DNA of 64,000 nucleotides from Gekko japonicus (lineage: Eukaryota). This document shows positions 63,752 through 64,000 of the stretch, piece after piece. The stretch is from NCBI RefSeq assembly GCF_001447785.1, contig NW_015162489.1:562314-626313 (forward strand), in the 5' to 3' direction. The notes beneath the pieces are model-generated. The model was not told the origin of the DNA. It searched no databases and was given only the letters and a program-made list of their open reading frames with translations. The translations under genes and the position numbers were made by a program. The first letter of the stretch is position 1. Each line of letters opens with the position of its first letter.

Positions 63752-64000
63752 CATTCCCCTCAATGCCTGTTGGTAGGCAACTAAGCTTGGTCCTGTCACC
63801 TACTTTGGCCTTTGGGAGAAAACACATTGGGGCCAGTCCTGATAGGGTTGCCAACTCCAGATGGGAAATTCCTGGAGATTTGAGGGATGGAGCCTGAAGA
63901 GGGTGAGGTTTGAGGAGGGGTGGGACCTCAGACAGGTACAATGCCATAGACTCCACCCTCCAAACCAGTCAGTCCCACATAGGGAACCATTGTTGCCAAT

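Overview
Vertebrate nuclear DNA from a squamate reptile, probably a gecko (inferred from Sauria-type and tRNA/5S-derived SINEs, CR1/L2/RTE LINEs and hAT MITEs). Two minus-strand genes lie in the order I recall for human 22q13. (1) The 3' part of CARD10/CARMA3: 17 confidently placed coding exons from 55886 down to the stop at 26890, covering coiled-coil, linker, PDZ, SH3 and GUK; the CARD-encoding 5' exons lie beyond 64000. (2) The 5' part of MFNG (manic fringe): coding exons 1-3 at 13762-13418, 3796-3748 and 1407-1305; the rest lies before position 1. Introns and the intergenic region are dense with transposon relics, many with verifiable TIRs and TSDs and several nested. I see no convincing novel multi-gene system. 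The best leads are: a splice-phase break in the CARD10 linker that can be solved by a hidden 37-nt exon or by reading a stop-free 123-nt exon in a second frame (possible dual-coding linker); a canonical-looking PDZ; a perfect 60-nt intronic hairpin in MFNG; hAT MITEs carrying OCT/KLF/ETS-like motifs; a possible poison exon; and an in-frame SINE-flanked 555-nt exon block. CARD10 exon numbers are by analogy to human and approximate; homology statements come from remembered protein sequences, not searches.
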